DNA of 64,000 bases from Schmidtea polychroa (lineage: Eukaryota): assembly GCA_044892525.1 (NCBI GenBank), contig CM097886.1, forward strand, positions 16,616,001-16,680,000, written 5' to 3'. Positions 1-10,628 of the stretch are shown one piece after another (position 1 is the stretch's first letter; every line of letters starts with the position of its first letter). The notes below the pieces were generated by a model. It saw nothing but the letters and a program-made list of their open reading frames with translations. It had not been told where the DNA came from and made no database searches. Position numbers and translations under genes: made by a program.

Positions 1-2403
1 ATCCTTCGGGATAATTGATAAAGATATTTGATCGTTTTGAAAAGCTTCTTTGTCTAATTCCAGTCTGGCTTCGTCCATAACTTCAATTCTATCGGCATGA
101 TGACCTTTGTCACTTTGTTGGTCGAAGCCAATTGGCTTTGAATCTTGATGCATGGATAAATGATCCAGCTCATCTAATATTTTATCTTGAACCAAATGCT
201 TTTCTAGATCCATTGATCCATGACTTATTTCCCTTACTACAGAAGTCGTTCCCAAAGTCTGACATAAATCAAATTTCAAATTACTATCAATAGTAAGAGC
301 ATCTTCATTACCTTCCGTTATCTCTAAATATTTTGATTTATTATCAGAAGTGTGGTCTATTAACTTTTCAGAAATGATGCATACATTTGAGGAATAGTCA
401 ATGGGAAAAGATTTACAACTTTCTTTATTATTTAATGCCAAAGTGGTGGTTTCTGAAACTTCATATTTGACTTCACTTTCTTTAGTAAAACTATCTTTCT
501 TTCCTTCCGAATCGGATAATATGTCTTTATCTTCCACGATCAAGTTCTCATCCTTCGTGGACATATTATCTATATTTAATGGATAATCTTTTTTACCCGA
601 CATACGCTCTCTATTTTCATCCAAATTTAACCCTGTAATCTCACCATCTTCAATTTCCTTCTTTATCTCAACAGATTTGGATTTATTATCAAAGGTGTTA
701 TCCACTAACTTTTCTGAAATAATATCTGCGTTGGATGAATAATCAAAAGGAAAAGATTTACAACTTTCTTTTTTATCTAATGCCAAAGTGGCAATTTCTG
801 AAACTTCGTATTTAACTTCACTTTCTTTAGTAAAGCTCTCTTTCTTTCCTAAAGGATCAGATATCACGTCTTCATCTTCCATGATTAAATTTTCATCCTT
901 TGTGGACAGATTACGTATAACTAATGGATCTTCTACTAACTTCCCTAAAATAAGATCTGCGTTGGATGAATAATCAAAAGGAAAAGATTTACAACTTTCC
1001 TTTTTATCTAATGCCAAAGTAGCAATTTCTGAGACTTCATATATCACTTCACCTTCTTTAGTAAAACTTTCTCTCCTTCTTTCCGAATCAGATACTATGT
1101 TTTTATCTTCCACGATCAAGTTTTCATCCTTTGTGGACAGATTATATATAACTAATGGGTATTCTTCATTATAGGGCATACTTTTGCCATTTATATATGA
1201 ATTTAAATTCGTGATTTCACTAACTTTATATTTTGTTTCTTTGTCAACCGGCGTAAAATTATCTATTTCCATAATAATATCGGAGGTCATGTTTGTTTCA
1301 TTTATATAGCATGCGTTTATTATATAATCCTCCGTGGAAGACATGTATTTCTCATTCGGTTGTGATATAATGAAATCAGAAGATTTACTTGGAAGCACTT
1401 GGTTGCTGTCGTAAATCTCAGGAAAAGTCTCTTCGTCCTGTTCAGCATTTAACAGAGTTTTTAAATCATTTTCTAAGTTTTTGTCTTCATTCGTATTTAA
1501 AATTTTCGTTTCATCATCAACCGCGGGAAGATCCTTTTCTTCCAAACTATTGGATATTCTTTTTGCCTTTTCTAAATTGCAGATATCTGAATTAGCAGTA
1601 AAGGACATATATGGTTCATCCGTTTGCGATATAATAACATTGGAAGTTTTAGTCTCTTGAACAAATTTATCTTCTTCTGTACCATGAAAGGTCTCCTCGT
1701 TCTGTTCCACATTTAAAAGAGATTTTAAATAATTTTCTAAGTTTGAATCTTTATTTTTATTGACAACACTTTCTGAAACAGTTGGGTAATTGGTATTGGC
1801 AATATTTAGTTCGCTATTAATATATGAACTTTTTTCCTCTTTTAGTTGATTCACTAACACATTTTGTAAATTTTCTTCTTTAATCTGTTTGCTTGAATCA
1901 TCAATTGTAAAAGGCTCATTCTTCTCTTCAATTTGACGTAAAGTTTCATCAATGATTTGTCCAGCTTTGAATTCAACTTCTTTATTACTGACAGGTAGTT
2001 CAGCTTCTATTTGAAGCATATTTAACTCAGACTCCGCAATTCCTGATAAAAGTTCTCTAAGTTTCAATTCAGATTCATCAGATCTTTCAGAAACTTTGAC
2101 TTTGATGTTCTCGACGTTTTGTTTAATAGAAGTTAAGGATGAATACTTCATTGACATATTAATCAAGAGGTCTTCAACTGATTGAAAATTGCATAACTCT
2201 TTCACGAAGTCCAACATAAAAAGATCCTTATGGCTAAAGTCCATCATTGCCAATTCTGTTGTTAACGGCCGAGCAATAGATTTCATTATATACGAGTGAA
2301 CGACCATGTCAATTAATTTATTTGCTACGTCTAGAGCACATTCTTTTCTAGTCGATTGACGAGTACATAACATAAAAAGGCTATGCTTGCATTGCCACGC
2401 CAT
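1..2403 (-). CDS. Long open exon/ORF (>=801 codons, runs off window start) of an uncharacterised acidic, Glu/Ser/Lys-rich protein with internal repeats
   Basis: Manual minus-strand translation from ATG at 2403 (MAWQCKHSLFMLCTRQ...) to position 1 (...QISLSIIPKD) shows no stop. A possible acceptor (ttaag) near 2421 suggests it may be an internal exon. Absent from the ORF track because it has no stop in the window. Confidence 0.75.
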   Translation of the reverse strand, partial: MAWQCKHSLFMLCTRQSTRKECALDVANKLIDMVVHSYIMKSIARPLTTELAMMDFSHKDLFMLDFVKELCNFQSVEDLLINMSMKYSSLTSIKQNVENIKVKVSERSDESELKLRELLSGIAESELNMLQIEAELPVSNKEVEFKAGQIIDETLRQIEEKNEPFTIDDSSKQIKEENLQNVLVNQLKEEKSSYINSELNIANTNYPTVSESVVNKNKDSNLENYLKSLLNVEQNEETFHGTEEDKFVQETKTSNVIISQTDEPYMSFTANSDICNLEKAKRISNSLEEKDLPAVDDETKILNTNEDKNLENDLKTLLNAEQDEETFPEIYDSNQVLPSKSSDFIISQPNEKYMSSTEDYIINACYINETNMTSDIIMEIDNFTPVDKETKYKVSEITNLNSYINGKSMPYNEEYPLVIYNLSTKDENLIVEDKNIVSDSERRRESFTKEGEVIYEVSEIATLALDKKESCKSFPFDYSSNADLILGKLVEDPLVIRNLSTKDENLIMEDEDVISDPLGKKESFTKESEVKYEVSEIATLALDKKESCKSFPFDYSSNADIISEKLVDNTFDNKSKSVEIKKEIEDGEITGLNLDENRERMSGKKDYPLNIDNMSTKDENLIVEDKDILSDSEGKKDSFTKESEVKYEVSETTTLALNNKESCKSFPIDYSSNVCIISEKLIDHTSDNKSKYLEITEGNEDALTIDSNLKFDLCQTLGTTSVVREISHGSMDLEKHLVQDKILDELDHLSMHQDSKPIGFDQQSDKGHHADRIEVMDEARLELDKEAFQNDQISLSIIPKD

Positions 2404-3394
2404 GAAATGAAGAAATAATTCTTAACTTAATAATAAAAAATTAAAAAATTATTATTTCATTGATTAAATTTAATAAATAAAATTTAAATTTTACAGTTTC
2501 TGTCCTGGAATAAGTCATTGTTTTTCAACCGTAATTTACTGCCTACCGGAAAATAACTAACACATTTTACGAACCGGTAAAAATGTTTCTATTGTAACAA
2601 AGGAAAATAGATATTTTTATTTATAGGATGACTGTAATATCTGTTCGAAATTATGCATGCTGAATTTTTATGACTGAATTTTACGTAATGTATACCTGAA
2701 TGTCAAAGGTGCGATATTGTATTATGTATACATGTGTGTATCTTGCTTAAGATACTAACAATATAATTACTTCATTCTGAGAGATAATCAGTTTTTAGTT
2801 TTAATAAATCTTATATTTCCCAAGTCTTTCAACATATTTTATTCACATAGTAAAGTGCATATACTTAGTACTTAGTATCACATTGATGCATAGAAAATAT
2901 TTACTACTGCGATACTACCTATTTATAGCTAGCAAAAGTAATATGTGTTGTGAACTTAAGTGCTACTTCTACTATATAGCTTTAAATTGTTTTTCAAGAA
3001 TTATCTCTATATTTTTAAAACCGACAATTGAGAAACAATAGAATAGGGGTGTTAAGAGGTTCCTTAGTTGTGTGTGTATTACATTTGTCTTATATTACAC
3101 CCAACTCTTTTTTACACGGTCTTTTTTACACGATTTTGAAATAACACGGTCCACAAAAAAGGAACAAATCTTCTTTTTTTGCACGAAATATTCGGTTTAA
3201 CACTATTTCCAAAAAAAATTTGTTTTAATTTAAAATTAGTAACTCTTTAATACAAAATGCAGTTGTGTTCTGAAGTTGTAACGCTTTCACACGAAATTGG
3301 TGGTGAGGGCTTTGAAAATATGCAAGTTGCGGATATAGAGGAGTTGATGCTTGAAAAACCTTTAGATGATGAGGACTTGATTGAAGCTATAACA

Positions 3395-5446
3395 CAGTGG
3401 TGCCCAACCTAGTGCCCGCGGGCAAAAAAGTGCCCGTGGAGACTTTTTCAAATGCCCGTGGGTGTTTTTCTAAATACGGTTAAAGAAAATATCAATTTTT
3501 AACATTAAGATGTATAATGTTTCAATGAGAATTACAAGCGCATTTTTAATTTTCGAAATTAAAATTAATCAATCCCAACAATTAATTATTAAATGGGAAT
3601 TCCAAGAAAATTAAATTTTTTCCTACTTTAAATTAAAATTAATTAACTCAAATATCGTTACATCGTTAGTTAAAAAACTCTATTTAAATCAGTCAACCAA
3701 AAACAATCTCTCAGTGTGGACAACAATTTATCCAAATAAAAAAAATAATTTTTGTTTTTACAAAAATGTCTCTCAGCAAAGGGATGTCTCAAAAAAGAAA
3801 ACGTGAAGATGAAAAATCTGCGCAACAAGTGTTAAGAAATAACTGGGAAGAACAATTTTTGTTCACACATTCACAATCATCAAGGCCAATTTGTCTGATT
3901 TGTAATGACACAGTTGCAGTCTATAAAAAATACAATGTGGAACGTCATTTTAATCAGATGCATTCAGAATTCAAAATCAAATACCCAATTGGATCTTCAG
4001 ACAGAACTGACTTTATTTCAAAGAGAAAATCGAAACTTGCAGTTCAGCAAACATTTTTTACCAAAAGACAAGAAGAAATGCACGGTATGACAAAAGCTTC
4101 CTTTCAAATTTCCCTGCTGCTTGCCAGATTAAAAAAAAGTTATTCAGATGGTGAAATGGTAAAAGAGGCAATTTCTATTTTTGCTGAAAACTCAGGTGAC
4201 CCAAAAAACAAATTGCTGTCCAAAAACATAGCACTTTCAAGAAATACAGTTACTCGGAGAATTGAAGAAATGGCCAATGATGTCTCAAAACAAATTATTG
4301 TTGCTGCTTCACTTTCAAAATACTTTTCAATTGCAATTGATGAAAGCTGTGATGCAACTGACAGTGCTCAATTACTGGTTTATATAAGATGTGTCAATGA
4401 AAACTTCGATGTTGTTCAGGAACTTCTTGGCCTTTGTCAACTGAAAACCACAACAACTGGACCCAAGTACTGCAATTTTTGGAAGAAAGAAAAGAGTTGC
4501 CTACCGAGTGTGATCTTTTGAAAAACAATTCCTGGTTGAGTGAATTGGCTTTTCTTGTTGATGTCACAAATTACCTGAACATCTTGAACACAGGATTGCA
4601 AGGTGAAAATAGTTTGTTCCCAACACTATTCAATCAAATCAATGCATTTAAGGCAAAATTAAAACTGTTTTATAACAGTCTTTCTCAAGGAAATCTGGAT
4701 CTTTTCCCCACGCTTCAGAAATTTCAACTTGAAAGTTCAATCACTGTCAACTTGGACTATGAAAAATACAAACTTGCCATTATGAATTTGTCTCATTCAT
4801 TTTCTTCTCGATTTTCTGACTTTGAGGCAGAGAAGGATAACATTTTATTGTTCATTAATCCATTCTCTATATCAGAAAGTGAAATCAGCAAGTATTCTCC
4901 AAAAATACAGATGGAAATTACTGACATTCAAAACCACACAGGATTAAAGAGAAAGTTTCAAGAGCTTTGTGAATCACCTATTTCACCCGACTTAAAAGCA
5001 TTCTGGAAGCTTGTTCCAAAAAATGACTATCCTGAATTTAACAACATGGCACTCCGGTTTGTGGTCAAATTTGGATCAACTTACATTTGTGAGAAGACAT
5101 TTTCTTCAATGAACTACATAAAAAGCAAATTCAGATGTTCACTCACTGATGCTCACTTGGAAAACCTCATTCTATTATCAAATTCAAAAATCAATCCTGA
5201 TATTGATCAACTTGTTAGCCAGACTCAAATTCAAAAGCCGCATTAAAATGATGTTATAAATAAATTTGTTTGTTTTGTTTCACATTATTATTTTTATTAT
5301 TTTAAATTTTTAATACAAATGCATGTTTCCTAATAAAAAGATTGTTATAAGATCATTTTTCTATTAACTAATTTTTCAAAAATGTGCCCGCAAAGACTTC
5401 TTCATTTAAATAGTTGCCCACTTGATAAAAAGGTTGGGCACCACTG
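3395..5446 (+). mobile_element. hAT DNA transposon (SPIN/Charlie/GTF2IRD2-like), internally deleted
   Basis: Perfect 16-bp TIR cagtggtgcccaacct/aggttgggcaccactg and a perfect 8-bp TSD ctataaca (3387-3394, 5447-5454). Confidence 0.92.
3766..5246 (+). pseudogene. hAT transposase split into two frames by an internal deletion near 4460
   Basis: ORF 3766-4521 has a BED-like finger (CLIC...RHFNQMH) and FSIAIDESCD (first catalytic Asp). ORF 4434-5246 has WLSELAFLVD and the dimerisation motif (FGSTYICEKTFSSMNYIKSKFR). The DGA/CxxH/RW central region is missing. Confidence 0.85.
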
Positions 5447-6156
5447 CTATAACAGTTAATGGTATTAATGAGAACCATAGTGACGAAGGTGAAGGTGAAA
5501 TGCATCAACTAACTTCTGATTTAATTCGCGATGGCTTAAAATTTTGTACCAGTATGGAACAATTTTTTCTCACTCATGATCCTAACGTGGAACGTGCATT
5601 AAAATTCCAACGGAATTTACAGGTTTGTATGGCTGGCTATCAAGAACTTTATAAGGAAGTTAAAAAGGCAAAAACCCAGCAGCTTATAACAGATTTTATC
5701 ATAAAAAAACCAATATCAGATTTGATAGACCTAAGTGATTAAAGCAATTTTAGCCAGTCTATAATAAACGTGCACGCTTATTATAAAGTAGTGATAATAA
5801 ATATTAGTTGCTAAATAAGACTCATATTTCCAATTTGAATTTAATTTATGTGTATTTATGAACAAAAATTTTATTTGTTTTTTACTTATGGACTAAAATT
5901 ACTATTATTATCTATTTTTAATAAAAACATGTATGGATTATATTTTCTAAAACTTATATAATATGGTTTCAAGATTTACTATTTTTTGCACGGTTTTTTA
6001 GAACAACTAATGGTTCCTTTTTCTATTTTACACGGTTTTCTATAATTGTAGAACACATCCGCAATTTTACTATGGTTAACATGTCTTTTTTTACACGATT
6101 TTCGTTGGAACGTATCTACCGTGTAAAAAAAGAGTTAGGTGTATATGTATTATGCT

Positions 6157-6778
6157 CAGGGCCGGCTTTAGTTGGAAGCGGTGGATGCAAAGCATCGGGG
6201 CGCCTCTCGGAAAGGGCGCTAAAAAATTTAGAATTTTAGTTTCTTTTTAATATTTAACATAAAAACCATTAACAAATTTTTGTAATTGCTATTAAAATAT
6301 TTTTAACTTTACCAGTTTCAGTTGCTAGCGGAGAACGATCTTTTTCGAAGCTTAAACTAATTAAAAATTATTTAAGATCAACAATTTCACAAGAAAGATT
6401 AGTTGGTTTAGCAATGATATCGATTGAAAGTGATATATGCGACAAATTAGATATACATAATTTAATTGATGAATTTGCCAGTTTAAAAGCTAGAAAAGTA
6501 AATATCTAGAATAATAGTTTTGTCAATTTTTATACAAAATATATGTATGTTATGTAATTTTTGTATATTATAATATTGTTTCAATAAAATAAAAAAATAT
6601 ATAAACAAAATAAAACCTGTATTTCACTTGGAAAAGAATTATTATTAATTTTTTAATGTTTTTATTACAAATTTAATATTGCCAATTAAATTACGTTAAT
6701 TCCAAAAAACCAATAAAATAAATGGGCGTCTAAAATGAGTTTCGCATCGGGGCGCTACTAATGCTAGAGCCGGCGCTG
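6157..6778 (+). mobile_element. Non-autonomous hAT element retaining the C-terminal dimerisation domain
   Basis: TIRs cagggccggctttag / ctagagccggcgctg and 8-bp TSD attatgct on both sides. The interior encodes LTLPVSVASGERSFSKLKLIKNYLRSTISQERLVGLAMISIE. Confidence 0.85.
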
Positions 6779-6833
6779 ATTATGCTATATATATTATGTC
6801 TGTATTTATGTTCGTGAATGCGGTAAGCAATAT

Positions 6834-7548
6834 TGTAGTACCCAGTCGAGTCTCCAGCAAATAAACTGTCTCGGGACAGCTGGGGTGAATGTATGTAATA
6901 ATATATAAAAATACAATACTAAATTAAAAATAATGGATATCCAACATAAACTTTTATTCAAATAAAAATTGTAAAACCTTGAGTTCGGAGGTAGATTAAT
7001 TAGGATTTGAAAGTTGGCCTTGCCTGGATATAGGACTGAGAACTTGCAGTTTAAGATAGATTGGCCTTTGCCTAGACTTAGGACTGAAAACTTGCAGTTT
7101 AAGATAAGTTAATCTGAATTTGATTCCTTCTTTTGTCCTAATACTGTGTTCAATTAATTAATTAATTAATTGTGGGGATTTGACTCTTTAACATGTTCTT
7201 AGAATTCTTATTTTTTTCTATTATTATTTTCGGGATTTCAACCTTTATCCTTGTTCTCGTATCCGAACACAAATCCTGGTCTACAAATAGGTTTGGAATT
7301 GATCTCTACTTTTATAAGGAACTGGAATATTTAATTAACGATTGGAATTGAAATTGAGGACTTTATATTCAATTTGTTATAACTTTCTTTAATTTGAATT
7401 TAATATTTGTATAGCGATAATTTACCATGGTAAAGTATCGCTATATAGTTTTTTTATTCTTTTTCTAGCGCAACCTACGCTCAGTAAAATAACAAAGTGT
7501 CGCGACTCCTTATTTAAAAATAAATAATGCGTATAACTTTACATTACA
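6834..7548 (-). mobile_element. Probable 3' LTR of a minus-strand gypsy element
   Basis: TG...CA ends on the minus strand (tgtaatg...tactaca), preceded by a polypurine tract (AAAAGGGGGAAG, about 7552-7563) and RT sequence. Contains an internal duplicated segment (ggactga(g/a)aacttgcagtttaagata x2). Confidence 0.6.
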
Positions 7549-7559
7549 TAACTTCCCCC

Positions 7560-7990
7560 TTTTCGAAAGCTGTTATTAGTTTTTCGTTCCAATTTATTTT
7601 GATGTTTCTCTTTATTTTGTTCAGTTCGTTGAGAGGGGCTAGCATTTCGCTACATTTTGGTATGTATTTGTGATAGAAGTTGATCATGCCAAGGAAACGT
7701 CTTAGCTCTTATGTTGTTTTGGATAACAGATAATTTTTGATTGCTTTGATTTTGTTTCTAATGATTTTGTTCCGTTTTCGTTTAACAGGTGTCCCAAAAA
7801 TTTTATTTCTGTTTTAGAAAATTAACATTTTTTTATTTTAATTTTTAGTTCATGTTTGCTTAATATTTCGAACACTTTTTTAATGTATTGTATATGTTTT
7901 GTTTTGTTTGCTGATGCTATCAAAATGTCGTCTAGGTATGTGACTGTGTTTTGTTGATTTCGAAATATTTGGATGTCAGTAAATAATTAA
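7560..7990 (-). pseudogene. Ty3/gypsy reverse transcriptase and connector fragment
   Basis: Minus strand TYLDDILIAS...KKC*FSKTEIKFLGH and ELRRFLGMINFYHKYIPKCSEMLAPL, with stops and frameshifts. Confidence 0.8.
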
Positions 7991-10628
7991 ATAATATATA
8001 CGTAACATTGCAACCATGGACTTTATTAGAATGAAGGTCGCATAGACAATAGACTGTCTATTAATTTGATCTTTATGCTCGAAAAGAAAAACAGCGAAAC
8101 ATGGAGTTGAAATGTCTCTTCAAAGAAAGATATATTACCAATTTATGAAGGGTTAGGCTAAAACTGAATTTTAAACTAGGGTTGTGACGGAATGAATCAG
8201 CACACAACAGGCAACCACAGGATGAAGTGTACTTGAAATAAAAAATAAAAACACGGAGTAAACAAAAATAACAGAAAACACAGTACACAAAAGTAAAATA
8301 CCCAAATTGAAAGAAAATTTAAACAAAATCAAAAAGTGCGGCATAAAACCTACTTAAACACAACATAAACACAGAACAACAGTAAAAAATTCAGATTAAA
8401 GGCGATAAAGGAGAAATAAGAACGAAAATTAGAAAGATTTCCCATAAAATCCCAACAATGTAGATTAAGAACAAATTTGCAGTAAAAATTGGGTAAAAAC
8501 CATAAACAACCCATCAAAATGACGAAATCAACCTTGGCCGCCAAACTACCTAACAAAACTAACAAATATAAATATTTTAGTTTTAAAAGTAACAAAAATT
8601 AAGAAAGAATCAACAAAAATAGACTAAAATAAGAATCTCTACTATTGCAGTCGTCATGCTCTGGATACTCTCTATTGGCATCGAACTCATCTCATCCAGC
8701 TCTTGTCGCCTTCAAAAAGTTACTCCATCAGGTACATTATAAAGAAGTACCACTTAAGACTACATAATAAAAAGAGAAACCTAACTCAGTCAGAGCGAAA
8801 CGCTAATATGGGGGCGAAGAAACGGCCGCTCTGAATGTCCGTTGCCAACAAATTGATTCACCGGAGATAAACCTGGACTCCATGTACATGGCCTTCTCCT
8901 TTTCTTCAGGGGCTGACAATATCTTTAACTTAGTTCTATTATTGGCATAAGCGGAGCAAGAGGCGATCTGACAAGTTATCCCGAACATCTAGAACTGATT
9001 TTGTGATTTTTAGATGTTATTTTTATTTAAACATTCAGTTTTAGTTGATTTAATTGGTGATATGGAAATGTTAACTCAGATTTTATCATTATCAATAAGT
9101 TTTGGTTGTTTCCAATTTTATGAGTTATACTGATGTTTGGATTAGCCATAAAGTGGGTAATTAATGACAGTTATCTCCTAAAAAGCGATAAGACAGCTGC
9201 ACTACCTAGTTCGGTTAAAGACCTTATATAGGCCGCCTGGAACACGTGTTAGAAGTGTAAGGAAAGAGTAGTCTTAGTGATGAAGCTCACCCCTTCTTGA
9301 CCTTCACCGCCTCTGCACATCTCCAACATAGTGGAACCCATGGTTGCTTGGTGCAGAAGTAACTAAATCACTGGGAAGTATGGAAAAGGCTTATCTAGAC
9401 ATTTTCTGATCACTCCTAGGTTATCTCGAACTTTTCTTCTATTATTCAGATACGCGCGAACAGTGCTCATACCAGGTAATAATAATTATTATTAATATTA
9501 TTTTACTATTATTGGTATTATTGTTATCCCGTTAGTTTCTAATATCCCTAGTAGGGGTATCAACATTAGAAATAGAGTTCGCGAAATTTCAGTTTGACAT
9601 TACTAATTTTGGTTATAATTGTTTTGTTATTTTCATTATAATTAAGGCTTCCCAGATACAGACTAGGAGTTTGATTGCTTGTTCAAATTTTTGCCAGTTT
9701 AAGAAACATTTATTCTTTTTTTTATTAGGAATAGGGTTGTTAGCAAGAATATTCTGATTATTATAAGTTATTACCATGAATACCGGTGCTATTTTCCTTG
9801 TCATTAGAAATATTATTGTGATCCTTTTTTAATATGATCTTATAAATATTGGGACTAGGATTTAGTCTTTAAATTTAAATTAAATTAGTCAGTTTACTGA
9901 TGATCTTAATAGCCAAGTATTGCGGTAAGGGATCTGCCGCTAAATCTAGTCGAGAGAAAAATCAAGTTGTAGCATTCAAAATTCTTAAGTCATAATTTCC
10001 TAACGACATAAAACCTTCAATCGTAGTTCGATTTTTTTAGGTTAAAATAATTCGAGCCGTTTGATTTAGTAGGCTCATCTTTACTTATTTACGCCACCAC
10101 TGTATACAGTTTCAACATGGCCTATTCTGATGGGTATAGAGAGGGTTCATTTTTAATAGTCATTGGGTCTATCAACAAATCATCTTGTTTCGTCTTTCCA
10201 ATAGACGTTTCTGTGATCTGCTATTTAGCCCGACCAAACATATTTATGTTGCTCTGTTTCCTTATTTTATTTCTACTTGTTGCATGTTTACATTACCTTA
10301 TATTGTATTACCGATAAGACCAAATACCAATAATATATTTACTTTATTTGTATTATCTAAAATAATTTAACGTAACACATAATTTTAGAAATCAGATCTA
10401 ATTTGTAATCATCAGTTTTTGCCATTTTAACCCTATCAAAATTTCATTGCAATAATTATAAATAATTAAATATAATTTTAAAAACTGTAAATTTTATATA
10501 AACTGAATATTATTTATAATATTGAATTGAAGTGTTTATTTGATGAAATAAATTCCCCAGATAAACATAATATTTTATTCTTTGTTTATATTTTAGTTTA
10601 GTAAAGGCGTAAAAATCAAGTTGTATAA

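Larger units (their letters stand above)
3098..6141 (+). mobile_element. Internally deleted pogo/Tigger-type DNA transposon, split by a hAT insertion
   Basis: About 22-bp TIRs (cacccaactcttttttacacgg / ccgtgtaaaaaaagagttaggtg) with TA on both flanks. A Tigger-like transposase C-terminus (GGEGFENMQVADIEELML...LIEAIT | VNGINE...KTQQLITDFIIKK) reads in frame across the insertion site. Confidence 0.8.

Noticed and set aside
401-1595. Plus-strand short ORFs at 401, 788 and 1389
   Set aside because: Antisense shadows of the long minus-strand exon.
5422-5742. 106-aa ORF as an independent gene
   Set aside because: It is the Tigger transposase tail, with an artificial start inside the hAT TIR.
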